64,000 nt of DNA from Escherichia coli. Its GTDB lineage: Bacteria; Pseudomonadota; Gammaproteobacteria; Enterobacterales; Enterobacteriaceae. The translations under genes and the position numbers were made by a program. A model generated the notes under the pieces. The model did no database searches, was not told where the DNA came from, and saw only the letters and a program-made list of their open reading frames with translations. Numbering within the stretch: the first letter of the stretch is position 1; each line of letters opens with the position of its first letter. Below, piece after piece: positions 40,369 to 50,565 of this stretch. The stretch is taken from assembly GCF_030013595.1 (NCBI RefSeq), contig NZ_CP122768.1; one strand, written 5' to 3'.

Positions 40369-40392
40369 GCCTTACGGAAATTGGAGCTAACT

Positions 40393-41178
40393 ATGTCAAT
40401 CGAATCTCTCAATGCGTTCTCAATGGATTTTTTCTCCCTGAAAGGTAAAACCGCAATTGTTACCGGCGGGAATAGCGGTTTAGGCCAGGCATTTGCCATG
40501 GCGCTGGCCAAAGCAGGCGCAAATATCTTTATTCCAAGCTTCGTTAAAGATAACGGCGAAACAAAGGAAATGATTGAAAAACAGGGTGTTGAGGTGGACT
40601 TCATGCAGGTGGATATCACCGCAGAAGGCGCGCCGCAGAAGATAATCGCCGCCTGTTGCGAACGTTTCGGTACCGTCGATATTCTGATTAACAATGCCGG
40701 TATTTGTAAGCTGAATAAGGTGCTGGACTTCGGTCGTGCCGACTGGGACCCGATGATTGATGTGAACCTGACCGCCGCATTCGAGTTAAGCTATGAAGCT
40801 GCAAAAATTATGATCCCGCAGAAAAGCGGTAAAATCATTAATATCTGTTCATTATTCTCTTACTTAGGTGGACAATGGTCACCTGCATATTCTGCCACTA
40901 AACATGCTCTTGCCGGGTTCACCAAAGCTTATTGTGATGAACTAGGTCAATATAATATTCAGGTAAATGGTATTGCTCCGGGATATTACGCTACCGATAT
41001 CACTCTGGCGACCCGTAGTAATCCAGAAACTAACCAGCGCGTTCTTGATCATATTCCGGCAAACCGTTGGGGCGATACTCAGGATTTAATGGGCGCAGCC
41101 GTATTCCTCGCAAGTCCGGCATCGAATTATGTCAACGGACATTTATTAGTGGTTGATGGCGGTTATTTAGTGCGCTAA
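40393..41178 (+). CDS. ygcW: Short-chain dehydrogenase/reductase YgcW (KduD-like)
   Basis: ORF 40381..41178 uses an alternative start; ATG at 40393 with GGAG RBS gives MSIESLNAF..., 261 aa; TGGNSGLG Rossmann motif. Confidence 0.9.
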   Translation: MSIESLNAFSMDFFSLKGKTAIVTGGNSGLGQAFAMALAKAGANIFIPSFVKDNGETKEMIEKQGVEVDFMQVDITAEGAPQKIIAACCERFGTVDILINNAGICKLNKVLDFGRADWDPMIDVNLTAAFELSYEAAKIMIPQKSGKIINICSLFSYLGGQWSPAYSATKHALAGFTKAYCDELGQYNIQVNGIAPGYYATDITLATRSNPETNQRVLDHIPANRWGDTQDLMGAAVFLASPASNYVNGHLLVVDGGYLVR

Positions 41179-41247
41179 TCCATAACGGTGGTTTCTGTTT
41201 TCTCTTATTAATGATTATTCCATTTTTATTATCAGGAAGGAATTACT

Positions 41248-42702
41248 ATGTCTTTATCTCGCGCAGCGATTGTCGACCAGCTAAAGGAAATTGTTGGTGC
41301 AGATCGCGTAATTACCGATGAAACAGTATTAAAGAAGAACAGTATTGACCGTTTTCGCAAATTTCCGGATATTCATGGCATTTATACTTTGCCGATTCCG
41401 GCAGCGGTCGTAAAACTCGGTTCCACAGAACAAGTATCCCGTGTGCTGAATTTTATGAATGCGCACAAAATTAACGGTGTGCCGCGTACCGGTGCTTCCG
41501 CTACCGAAGGTGGGCTGGAAACCGTTGTGGAAAACTCGGTGGTGCTCGACGGCTCTGCCATGAATCAAATCATTAATATTGATATTGAGAATATGCAGGC
41601 CACGGCGCAATGCGGAGTTCCGCTGGAAGTGCTGGAAAACGCGTTGCGTGAAAAAGGTTACACCACGGGGCATTCTCCGCAGTCAAAGCCGCTGGCGCAG
41701 ATGGGCGGCCTGGTAGCAACCCGCAGTATCGGGCAGTTCTCCACACTCTACGGCGCAATCGAAGATATGGTCGTTGGTCTGGAAGCAGTATTGGCTGATG
41801 GCACCGTAACACGCATTAAAAACGTACCACGCCGCGCGGCAGGCCCGGACATTCGTCACATCATCATCGGCAACGAAGGTGCATTGTGCTATATCACTGA
41901 AGTAACAGTGAAAATCTTTAAGTTCACCCCGGAAAACAACCTCTTCTACGGCTATATCCTGGAAGACATGAAAACCGGCTTCAACATCCTGCGTGAAATC
42001 ATGGTGGAAGGGTATCGTCCGTCGATCGCTCGTTTGTATGACGCTGAAGATGGCACCCAACACTTCACCCATTTTGCTGACGGAAAATGCGTGCTGATCT
42101 TTATGGCTGAAGGTAACCCTCGCATTGCGAAGGCGACGGGCGAAGGGATTGCTGAAATCGTGGCACGTTACCCGCAATGCCAGCGAGTGGACAGCAAGCT
42201 GATCGAAACCTGGTTTAACAACCTGAACTGGGGACCGGATAAAGTAGCTGCCGAACGTGTGCAGATCCTCAAAACCGGCAACATGGGCTTTACCACCGAA
42301 GTGTCCGGCTGCTGGAGCTGCATTCACGAAATCTACGAAAGCGTTATTAACCGTATTCGTACCGAGTTCCCGCACGCCGACGACATCACCATGCTGGGCG
42401 GTCACTCCTCTCACAGCTACCAGAACGGCACCAACATGTACTTCGTTTACGACTACAACGTTGTTGACTGTAAGCCGGAAGAGGAAATCGACAAGTACCA
42501 CAATCCGCTCAACAAAATCATCTGCGAAGAAACCATTCGCCTCGGCGGTTCGATGGTGCACCACCACGGTATTGGTAAACATCGCGTTCACTGGAGCAAA
42601 CTGGAACACGGCAGCGCGTGGACGTTGCTGGAAGGTCTGAAAAAACAGTTCGATCCTAACGGCATTATGAATACGGGTACTATCTATCCGATTGAAAAAT
42701 AA
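41248..42702 (+). CDS. ygcU: FAD-linked oxidase YgcU (alkyl-DHAP synthase-like)
   Basis: 484-aa ORF recognised as YgcU. Confidence 0.9.
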   Translation: MSLSRAAIVDQLKEIVGADRVITDETVLKKNSIDRFRKFPDIHGIYTLPIPAAVVKLGSTEQVSRVLNFMNAHKINGVPRTGASATEGGLETVVENSVVLDGSAMNQIINIDIENMQATAQCGVPLEVLENALREKGYTTGHSPQSKPLAQMGGLVATRSIGQFSTLYGAIEDMVVGLEAVLADGTVTRIKNVPRRAAGPDIRHIIIGNEGALCYITEVTVKIFKFTPENNLFYGYILEDMKTGFNILREIMVEGYRPSIARLYDAEDGTQHFTHFADGKCVLIFMAEGNPRIAKATGEGIAEIVARYPQCQRVDSKLIETWFNNLNWGPDKVAAERVQILKTGNMGFTTEVSGCWSCIHEIYESVINRIRTEFPHADDITMLGGHSSHSYQNGTNMYFVYDYNVVDCKPEEEIDKYHNPLNKIICEETIRLGGSMVHHHGIGKHRVHWSKLEHGSAWTLLEGLKKQFDPNGIMNTGTIYPIEK

Positions 42703-42794
42703 TATGTCAGGCAGCGTTCCGCTATGAGGGGCGTTGCCTTTTCGGCTTCTCAGGCGAGAAGCCGTTCTTATTACCGGACAATGAAGGGGTAAAG

Positions 42795-44132
42795 ATGAAC
42801 ACTTCACCGGTGCGAATGGATGATTTACCGCTTAACCGTTTTCACTGTCGAATTGCTGCGCTCACTTTCGGGGCGCACCTGACCGACGGTTATGTTCTCG
42901 GCGTCATTGGTTACGCCATTATTCAGCTTACACCCGCCATGCAACTGACGCCGTTTATGGCGGGAATGATTGGCGGCTCGGCGCTACTTGGCCTGTTTAT
43001 CGGTAGCCTGGTTTTGGGGTGGATCTCCGACCATATTGGTCGGCAAAAAATCTTCACCTTCAGCTTTTTGCTGATTACGCTCGCTTCGTTCTTACAATTT
43101 TTTGCCACCACGCCAGAGCATCTTATTGGACTGCGCATTTTGATCGGCATTGGTCTGGGAGGCGATTACTCAGTAGGCCACACCTTGCTGGCTGAATTTT
43201 CTCCGCGCCGCCATCGCGGTATTTTGCTGGGCGCATTCAGCGTGGTGTGGACCGCAGGCTATGTGCTGGCAAGTATTGCCGGACATCACTTTATTAGCGA
43301 AAGCCCGGAGGCCTGGCGCTGGCTGCTGGCATCGGCAGCTCTGCCCGCATTGTTGATTACGTTATTACGCTGGGGAACGCCAGAATCGCCACGCTGGCTA
43401 CTGCGCCAGGGGCGTTTTGCAGAAGCTCACGCTATCGTGCATCGCTATTTTGGTCCCCATGTTTTACTGGGCGATGAAGTGGCAACGGCGACCCATAAAC
43501 ACATCAAAACCTTGTTCTCTTCGCGCTACTGGCGGCGCACGGCGTTTAACAGCGTCTTCTTTGTCTGCCTCGTAATCCCATGGTTTGTGATTTATACCTG
43601 GCTGCCAACTATCGCCCAGACTATTGGTCTGGAAGATGCGTTGACCGCTAGCCTGATGCTTAATGCGTTGTTAATTGTGGGTGCGCTGCTGGGATTAGTT
43701 CTGACGCACCTGCTGGCACATCGCAAATTTTTGCTGGGAAGTTTTTTGCTGCTGGCGGCAACGCTGGTAGTGATGGCTTGTTTGCCTTCCGGCAGTTCAT
43801 TAACGCTGCTGCTTTTTGTTCTCTTCAGCACCACCATTTCGGCAGTCAGTAATCTGGTGGGCATTTTGCCTGCGGAAAGTTTTCCTACTGACATTCGCTC
43901 GCTGGGCGTCGGTTTTGCCACCGCCATGAGTCGGTTGGGCGCGGCAGTAAGTACTGGCCTGCTGCCGTGGGTGCTGGCGCAGTGGGGAATGCAAGTCACC
44001 TTATTGCTCCTGGCGGCTGTGTTGTTGGTTGGTTTTGTCGTGACCTGGCTATGGGCACCAGAAACCAAAGCACTCCCGCTGGTGGCGGCGGGAAATGTTG
44101 GAGGTGCGAATGAACATTCTGTTAGCGTTTAA
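42795..44132 (+). CDS. ygcS: MFS sugar-type transporter YgcS
   Basis: 445-aa polytopic ORF recognised as YgcS. Confidence 0.9.
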   Translation: MNTSPVRMDDLPLNRFHCRIAALTFGAHLTDGYVLGVIGYAIIQLTPAMQLTPFMAGMIGGSALLGLFIGSLVLGWISDHIGRQKIFTFSFLLITLASFLQFFATTPEHLIGLRILIGIGLGGDYSVGHTLLAEFSPRRHRGILLGAFSVVWTAGYVLASIAGHHFISESPEAWRWLLASAALPALLITLLRWGTPESPRWLLRQGRFAEAHAIVHRYFGPHVLLGDEVATATHKHIKTLFSSRYWRRTAFNSVFFVCLVIPWFVIYTWLPTIAQTIGLEDALTASLMLNALLIVGALLGLVLTHLLAHRKFLLGSFLLLAATLVVMACLPSGSSLTLLLFVLFSTTISAVSNLVGILPAESFPTDIRSLGVGFATAMSRLGAAVSTGLLPWVLAQWGMQVTLLLLAAVLLVGFVVTWLWAPETKALPLVAAGNVGGANEHSVSV

Positions 44133-44889
44133 AGCCGAACCGGATGCCGGAATGCTGGCGGAAAAAGAGTGGCAGGCGGCGGCTCAGGGTAATAGCGGAC
44201 CGGATGTTTCGCTTCTGCGAAGTTTACTCGGTGCTGATGAACAGGCTGCCGCCGCGCTGCTGTTGACGCAGAGAAAAAACGGTACGTCGATGTCTTTAAC
44301 CGCGTTGAGCATGGGGGATGAACGGGCGTTGCACTGGCTGCGCTATCTCATGGCTCATGGGTTTGAGGAAGCTGTATTGCTGGAGACGGCGGCAGATCTG
44401 CGCTTTGCGCCGGAATTTGTCGCTCGCCATATTGCCGAATGGCAGTACCAGAATCCGCTGGATCTGATAATTACCGGCTGCCAAAGCAGCGAAGGGCAGA
44501 ATGGGCAAACGCCATTTTTGCTGGCGGAAATGCTGGGCTGGCCCTGCTTCACCCAGGTGGAGCGTTTTACTCTCGACGCGCCGTTTATCACCCTTGAACA
44601 GCGTACTGAAAACGGGCTGCGCTGTTGCCGGGTTCGCTTGCCTGCGGTGATTGCCGTGCGTCAGTGCGGTGAAGTGGCCTTGCCAGTACCGGGAATGCGT
44701 CAGCGAATGGCGGCGGGGAAAGCAGAAATTATCCGTAAAACTGTTGCTGCCGAATCGCCAGCGATGCAGTGTCGGCAACTGGCAAGAGCAGAGCAACAAC
44801 GCGGAGCGACGCTGATTGATGGGCAAACGGTAGCAGAAAAAGCGCAAAAGCTATGGCAGGACTATTTACGCCAAAGGATGCAGCCATGA
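44110..44889 (+). CDS. ygcR: Electron-transfer-flavoprotein beta-subunit-like protein YgcR (FixA paralogue)
   Basis: ORF 44095..44889; likely start at MNILLAFKAEPD giving 259 aa; overlaps ygcS end. Confidence 0.85.
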   Translation: MNILLAFKAEPDAGMLAEKEWQAAAQGNSGPDVSLLRSLLGADEQAAAALLLTQRKNGTSMSLTALSMGDERALHWLRYLMAHGFEEAVLLETAADLRFAPEFVARHIAEWQYQNPLDLIITGCQSSEGQNGQTPFLLAEMLGWPCFTQVERFTLDAPFITLEQRTENGLRCCRVRLPAVIAVRQCGEVALPVPGMRQRMAAGKAEIIRKTVAAESPAMQCRQLARAEQQRGATLIDGQTVAEKAQKLWQDYLRQRMQP

Positions 44890-45746
44890 ATCTCGCAATT
44901 GTGACAATAAATCAGGAGAATGCCGCAATAGCGAGCTGGCTGGCAGAACAGGATTTCAGCGGTTGTACCCTGGCACACTGGCAGATTGAACCTCAGCCCG
45001 TAGTGGCGGAACAGGTGCTGGATGCGCTGGTGGAACAGTGGCAGCGAACGCCAGCGGACGTTGTTCTCTTTCCGCCGGGAACGTTTGGTGATGAACTGTC
45101 GACCCGGCTGGCCTGGCGTTTACATGGTGCAAGCATCTGCCAGGTGACTTCGTTAGATATTTCAACCGTAAGCGTGCGCAAATCCCACTGGGGAAATGCG
45201 CTAACGGCGACGCTGCAAACAGAAAAACGCCCGCTATGCCTTTCCCTGGCGCGTCAGGCGGGAGCAGCGAAAAACGCCACGTTGCCCTCTGGTATGCAGC
45301 AACTGAAAATTGTCCCAGGTGCGCTTCCCGACTGGCTGGTTAGCATAGAGAATCTGAAAAATGTTAGCCGCGACCCATTAGCTGAAGCCAGACGGGTGCT
45401 GGTGGTGGGGCAGGGCGGAGAGGCAGATAACCAGGAAATCGCTATGCTGGCAGAAAAGCTGGGAGCCGAAGTGGGCTACAGTCGGGCACGAGTGATGAAC
45501 GGTGGCGTTGATGCCGAAAAAGTGATTGGTATTTCCGGACATCTGCTGGCACCTGAGGTGTGTATTGTTGTTGGCGCTTCCGGCGCAGCAGCGTTAATGG
45601 CGGGCGTCCGCAATAGCAAGTTTGTGGTGGCGATTAATCATGACGCCAGCGCGGCGGTATTTTCACAGGCAGATGTTGGCGTGGTTGATGACTGGAAAGC
45701 GGTGCTGGAGGCACTGGTGACAAACATTCACGCAGATTGCCAATAA
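44886..45746 (+). CDS. ygcQ: Electron-transfer-flavoprotein alpha-subunit-like protein YgcQ (FixB paralogue)
   Basis: ORF 44853..45746; likely start MNLAIVTINQ giving 286 aa; 4-bp overlap with ygcR. Confidence 0.85.
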   Translation: MNLAIVTINQENAAIASWLAEQDFSGCTLAHWQIEPQPVVAEQVLDALVEQWQRTPADVVLFPPGTFGDELSTRLAWRLHGASICQVTSLDISTVSVRKSHWGNALTATLQTEKRPLCLSLARQAGAAKNATLPSGMQQLKIVPGALPDWLVSIENLKNVSRDPLAEARRVLVVGQGGEADNQEIAMLAEKLGAEVGYSRARVMNGGVDAEKVIGISGHLLAPEVCIVVGASGAAALMAGVRNSKFVVAINHDASAAVFSQADVGVVDDWKAVLEALVTNIHADCQ

Positions 45747-45790
45747 CGTGCAGCCGGATGATCCTGCCTACGGTTCTGGGCTGGGGACTT

Positions 45791-45857
45791 GTAAGCCTGA
45801 TAAGACGCGTCAAGCGTCGCATCAGGCGCTGAATGTCGGATGTGGCGTGCAGCCTAC
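45791..45857. repeat. REP/BIME elements
   Basis: gcctgataagacgcgtcaagcgtcgcatcaggc plus a second REP-like unit gtcggatgtggcgtgcagcctac. Confidence 0.6.
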
Positions 45858-45892
45858 AAATCACACAAATTCAATTCGTTACGATTATCCCG

Positions 45893-46468
45893 TCAAAGCA
45901 ATTTTTTCGCTAGCGTCCAGACCCCGGTATTCGTGGTGGAAAGCGCCACAACACCCGCGTTAATCGCATTACGTGCATCTTCTTCATCGCACACCAGCCC
46001 GCCGGCAATCAGCGGTTGGCGGATTTTCTCCGTCACCCAGCCCAGCACTTTGGGCATACAGCCTGGCAGGATCTCAATACAATCCGGATTCGATTGCGCA
46101 ACTTGCTTATCAATGTTGTGAAACGAAATTGAATCAACAATAAACAGGCGATGAATACAGAAAAAACCTTCCGCTCTTGCCGCTTTCAACATTGAGGCTT
46201 TGGTACTGATAATGCCGTCCGCCTCAGTCACCAGTTTCAAAAACTGAATCACCACTTCTTTATTTGACGCGCCTTCCAGCAAATCAACATGAATAAAAGC
46301 ATATTTTCCGGCGTTCTTAATCTTTTTAACGATATTACTGATGGTGCAGATATTGCCGTACAACACGGAAATAAACTGGCATTCAGAGTCGATTGCCAGT
46401 TGCAGGCTGGCATTATCTTTAACGGCAGCAATCACCGGATTCTGGCGGAGCAGGTGTAAGAGGGGCAT
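45893..46468 (-). CDS. ygcP: GlpP-family (glycerol-3-phosphate responsive antiterminator-like) protein YgcP
   Basis: 191-aa ORF recognised as YgcP; K-12 annotation as putative antiterminator regulator. Confidence 0.85.
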   Translation of the reverse strand: MPLLHLLRQNPVIAAVKDNASLQLAIDSECQFISVLYGNICTISNIVKKIKNAGKYAFIHVDLLEGASNKEVVIQFLKLVTEADGIISTKASMLKAARAEGFFCIHRLFIVDSISFHNIDKQVAQSNPDCIEILPGCMPKVLGWVTEKIRQPLIAGGLVCDEEDARNAINAGVVALSTTNTGVWTLAKKLL

Positions 46469-46484
46469 AAATTATCCTTATTAT

Positions 46485-46745
46485 TTATCCAAAACGGTAG
46501 GTGATGCCGAATCCGGAAGGCGGATAGCGCCACTGTTGTAGTGTTGATTCGTCGCACAGCAAACGGCAGGTGCCACACTCCAGGCAGCCGCGATAATCAA
46601 CGCGTAAGTCACCTTCCGGTGTGAGCGAAAAAAGACCAGCCGGACAAGCGTTAATCAACCGTTGTACCGTCTGACGCTCAACGGAGTCAGCCGGAACAAT
46701 GTGCGGCGCATCGGCAACGCGCCAGAGATTACGGGCTACAGACAT
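46485..46745 (-). CDS. ygcO: Ferredoxin-like protein YgcO (FixX paralogue)
   Basis: ORF 46485..46781; likely start MSVARNLW giving 86 aa; Cys cluster CLECGTCRLLC. Confidence 0.8.
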   Translation of the reverse strand: MSVARNLWRVADAPHIVPADSVERQTVQRLINACPAGLFSLTPEGDLRVDYRGCLECGTCRLLCDESTLQQWRYPPSGFGITYRFG

Positions 46746-48007
46746 CGCAGACTCCTGATAACATCGCCCGCCAGATGCCACAGGCCGTGACGACGTAAAT
46801 GACGCCAGAATAACTGGCGCAGCGGTGGAACAGGTTTATCACCCTGATCCCATAAATCGCGGGAAATATCCTGCATTAACGCAGGCCACGCACGGTACCA
46901 TCCAGGGCGTTGCAAAAGCGCCGGAACATGCTGATAACGTTGTAGAACATCCCATAGCAGGCTGCGCTCGACGTTGTGATGATAAAGCGCAAACAGATTT
47001 TGCGGCTCGCGGTGCTGGCAGGCGCTTATCAGCGTTTGTGCCGCCGCCTGCGCGCCAGTTAGCGCCATATCCATGCCGCGCACGGAAATTCCGGTATTGA
47101 CGCAACTGCGCAACGTATCGCCCACCAGCAGCCAGCCGTTACCGGCGTATTGCACCGGCATACTGTGCAAGCCACCTTCTGGCACCAGATGCGCACCATA
47201 CTCCAGTGATTCCGTGTTTTTGATAAGCGGGCGCACTGCCGGATGCGTTTTAAAGCGAGCCAGCAGCTCGCATGCCGGAGCACGACTTTGCGTAAGGGAG
47301 GAGAGCGGGCAAACAATCCCTAACGAGAGCGTTTGTTGATTAGTATAAAGAAATGCGCCGCCGGGTAAGTCATCACAGATCCCGCCGCTGAACAGCAACG
47401 CTGCGCCTTCGTTATTCTCCAGATGAAAACGTTCTTCAATAGCGGATGTTTCCAGCGACAGCACTTCTTTGATTCCTAACGCCATTGATTCGCCAGCAGG
47501 ACGAGTCACTAACCCGTGACGTTCAGCCAGGACGCTGTTGGCACCTTCTGCCAGCACCACATAACGGGCGCGGAGAATATCGTCACCACAAATGACACCA
47601 CACACCCTGCCGTTTTCTTCATACAGCGCATCCACCGTCGCACCAGGGATGCATTCGACACCTTCTTTTTCGGCTTCGGCAACCAGCCACGGATCGAACC
47701 GTGCACGTAATACACTCCAGGATTCACCGCCGGGCTGTAAGCTGGAAAACGTCGTTGCGCCATCCGGCGTTAGCAGAGAAAGGCTTTCGTGAGTGATGCG
47801 TCGTTCAAGAGGCGCGGTCAGATGAAATTGTGGGAGGAGTTCCGCGAGCGCCTGGGTATATAAACGCCCGCCGGAAAGATTTTTGCTGCCGGGGATTTCA
47901 GCGCGTTCCAGTAACAAAACGGATAAACCCGCTCGCGCGCAGCGTAACGCGCAAGCGGTGCCTGCAATACCGGCACCAATAATAATAATGTCGCAGTCGT
48001 CTTCCAT
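46736..48007 (-). CDS. ygcN: FAD-dependent oxidoreductase YgcN (ETF-quinone oxidoreductase-like, FixC paralogue)
   Basis: ORF 46736..48037; likely start MEDDCDIIIIGAGIAG (FAD-binding GxGxxG) giving 423 aa. Confidence 0.85.
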   Translation of the reverse strand: MEDDCDIIIIGAGIAGTACALRCARAGLSVLLLERAEIPGSKNLSGGRLYTQALAELLPQFHLTAPLERRITHESLSLLTPDGATTFSSLQPGGESWSVLRARFDPWLVAEAEKEGVECIPGATVDALYEENGRVCGVICGDDILRARYVVLAEGANSVLAERHGLVTRPAGESMALGIKEVLSLETSAIEERFHLENNEGAALLFSGGICDDLPGGAFLYTNQQTLSLGIVCPLSSLTQSRAPACELLARFKTHPAVRPLIKNTESLEYGAHLVPEGGLHSMPVQYAGNGWLLVGDTLRSCVNTGISVRGMDMALTGAQAAAQTLISACQHREPQNLFALYHHNVERSLLWDVLQRYQHVPALLQRPGWYRAWPALMQDISRDLWDQGDKPVPPLRQLFWRHLRRHGLWHLAGDVIRSLRCL

Positions 48008-48084
48008 GTCATGCCCCAGATATCCAGAACACAACACCCTAACATAGCGTTACTTAAGGGAAATTGACCGCCGACACACTCTTA

Positions 48085-48450
48085 TCATTCGCCGCGATAG
48101 ATGCAACCTGCGGTGCAGGTTTCTTTCACCATAACCGCACTTAACAGCGGAACAACCGGTTTAACCTGATCCCAAATCCATTTTGCTAAAACCTCGCTGG
48201 TCGGGTTTTCCAGGCCAGGAATATCATTGAGATAATAGTGATCGAGGCGCTCGTAGGTTGGCTTAAACGCCGCTTTTAGTTCAGCGAAATCGATAATCCA
48301 GCCCGTATGCGGATCGACTTCCCCGGTAATTTCCAGTCGCACCATAAAGGAATGCCCGTGCAGGCGACCACATTTATGCCCTTCCGGGACGTGTGGTAAG
48401 CGGTGAGCGGCTTCGAAGGTGAAATCTTTAAATAACGTGGTGGACATCAT
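48085..48450 (-). CDS. queD: 6-carboxy-5,6,7,8-tetrahydropterin synthase
   Basis: ORF 48085..48534; conserved product starts [18 protein letters not shown] giving 121 aa. Confidence 0.9.
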   Translation of the reverse strand: MMSTTLFKDFTFEAAHRLPHVPEGHKCGRLHGHSFMVRLEITGEVDPHTGWIIDFAELKAAFKPTYERLDHYYLNDIPGLENPTSEVLAKWIWDQVKPVVPLLSAVMVKETCTAGCIYRGE

Positions 48451-48765
48451 AATTTCTCTACATGACGATAAAACCGCCGTAGAGTACCGGAAAGGCTGTT
48501 TTTTCGCATTATCTAAAACGACTTTGTTGCGCAAAATCGCTGATTTATCTTAATGATTGGCTAAATTCATTTGTTTTTCATTGGGTTGGTTAATCTGTTT
48601 TGTTGTTAAAGACTATTGCTAAAACAGGTTAGTCGATTTGGTTATTAGTTATCGCTATCCCGTCTTTAATCCACACCGTTCACCCCGTTAACCTTACCTT
48701 CTCTTCTGTTTTATGGGCGCTGACAGGGCGCAGAAACAGCTTTGCTTACTGGAACATAACGACGC

Positions 48766-50565
48766 ATGACGACACAGGTCCCACCTTCCGCGTTGCTTCC
48801 GTTGAACCCGGAGCAACTGGCACGCCTTCAGGCGGCCACGACCGATTTAACTCCCACCCAGCTTGCCTGGGTTTCTGGCTATTTCTGGGGCGTGCTCAAC
48901 CAGCAGCCTGCTGCGCTTGCAGCGACGCCAGCGCCCGCCGCAGAAATGCCGGGTATAACTATTATCTCTGCTTCGCAAACCGGCAATGCGCGCCGGATTG
49001 CTGAAGCATTACGCGATGATTTATTGACGGCAAAACTGAACGTTAAGCTGGTGAACGCGGGCGACTATAAATTCAAACAAATCGCCAGCGAAAAACTGCT
49101 TATCGTGGTGACGTCAACGCAAGGGGAAGGGGAACCGCCGGAAGAAGCCGTCGCGCTGCATAAGTTCCTGTTCTCCAAAAAAGCGCCGAAGCTGGAAAAC
49201 ACCGCGTTTGCCGTGTTTAGCCTCGGCGATAGTTCTTATGAATTTTTCTGCCAGTCCGGGAAAGATTTTGACAGTAAGCTGGCGGAACTGGGCGGTGAAC
49301 GCCTGCTCGACCGTGTCGATGCCGACGTTGAATACCAGGCTGCTGCCAGCGAGTGGCGCGCCCGCGTGGTTGATGCGCTTAAATCGCGTGCGCCTGTCGC
49401 GGCACCTTCGCAATCCGTCGCTACTGGCGCGGTAAATGAAATCCACACCAGCCCGTACAGCAAAGACGCGCCGCTGGTGGCGAGCCTCTCTGTTAACCAG
49501 AAAATTACCGGGCGTAACTCTGAAAAAGACGTTCGCCATATCGAAATTGACTTAGGTGACTCGGGCCTGCGTTACCAGCCGGGTGACGCGCTGGGTGTCT
49601 GGTATCAGAACGATCCGGCACTGGTGAAAGAACTTGTCGAACTGCTGTGGCTGAAAGGTGATGAACCTGTCACCGTTGAGGGCAAAACCCTGCCGCTGAA
49701 CGAAGCGCTACAGTGGCACTTCGAACTGACCGTCAACACCGCCAACATTGTTGAGAACTATGCCACGCTTACCCGCAGCGAAACGCTGCTGCCGCTGGTG
49801 GGCGATAAAGCGAAGTTACAGCATTACGCCGCGACGACGCCGATTGTCGACATGGTGCGTTTCTCTCCGGCGCAACTGGATGCCGAAGCGCTGATTAACC
49901 TGCTGCGCCCGCTGACCCCGCGCCTGTATTCCATCGCCTCCTCGCAGGCGGAAGTCGAGAACGAAGTACACGTCACCGTTGGCGTGGTGCGTTACGACGT
50001 GGAAGGCCGCGCCCGTGCCGGTGGTGCCTCCAGCTTCCTCGCGGACCGCGTGGAAGAAGAGGGCGAAGTCCGCGTCTTTATCGAACATAACGATAACTTC
50101 CGCCTGCCAGCCAATCCGGAAACCCCGGTGATTATGATTGGCCCAGGCACCGGCATCGCGCCGTTCCGCGCCTTTATGCAGCAGCGCGCTGCTGACGAAG
50201 CGCCGGGTAAAAACTGGTTGTTCTTTGGCAACCCGCACTTTACGGAAGATTTCCTCTACCAGGTGGAGTGGCAGCGCTACGTGAAAGAAGGCGTATTGAG
50301 CCGCATCGATCTTGCCTGGTCGCGCGACCAAAAAGAAAAAGTTTATGTACAAGACAAACTGCGCGAACAGGGCGCGGAGCTGTGGCGCTGGATCAATGAC
50401 GGTGCCCACATTTATGTCTGCGGCGACGCTAATCGCATGGCGAAAGACGTTGAGCAGGCACTTCTGGAAGTGATTGCCGAATTTGGTGGCATGGACACCG
50501 AAGCGGCGGATGAATTTTTAAGTGAGCTGCGCGTAGAGCGCCGTTATCAGCGAGATGTCTACTAA
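48766..50565 (+). CDS. cysJ: Sulfite reductase [NADPH] flavoprotein alpha component
   Basis: 599-aa ORF recognised as CysJ. Confidence 0.95.
   Translation: MTTQVPPSALLPLNPEQLARLQAATTDLTPTQLAWVSGYFWGVLNQQPAALAATPAPAAEMPGITIISASQTGNARRIAEALRDDLLTAKLNVKLVNAGDYKFKQIASEKLLIVVTSTQGEGEPPEEAVALHKFLFSKKAPKLENTAFAVFSLGDSSYEFFCQSGKDFDSKLAELGGERLLDRVDADVEYQAAASEWRARVVDALKSRAPVAAPSQSVATGAVNEIHTSPYSKDAPLVASLSVNQKITGRNSEKDVRHIEIDLGDSGLRYQPGDALGVWYQNDPALVKELVELLWLKGDEPVTVEGKTLPLNEALQWHFELTVNTANIVENYATLTRSETLLPLVGDKAKLQHYAATTPIVDMVRFSPAQLDAEALINLLRPLTPRLYSIASSQAEVENEVHVTVGVVRYDVEGRARAGGASSFLADRVEEEGEVRVFIEHNDNFRLPANPETPVIMIGPGTGIAPFRAFMQQRAADEAPGKNWLFFGNPHFTEDFLYQVEWQRYVKEGVLSRIDLAWSRDQKEKVYVQDKLREQGAELWRWINDGAHIYVCGDANRMAKDVEQALLEVIAEFGGMDTEAADEFLSELRVERRYQRDVY

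Noticed and set aside
41683-42807. 374-aa minus-strand ORF
   Set aside because: Antisense to ygcU, a recognisable FAD-linked oxidase; no independent support
48008-48084. Possible third leader terminator upstream of ygcN
   Set aside because: Checked the 77-bp queD-ygcN spacer on the minus strand; no hairpin plus U-tract comparable to those before yqcE and ygcW
49816-50409. 197-aa minus-strand ORF
   Set aside because: Antisense to cysJ
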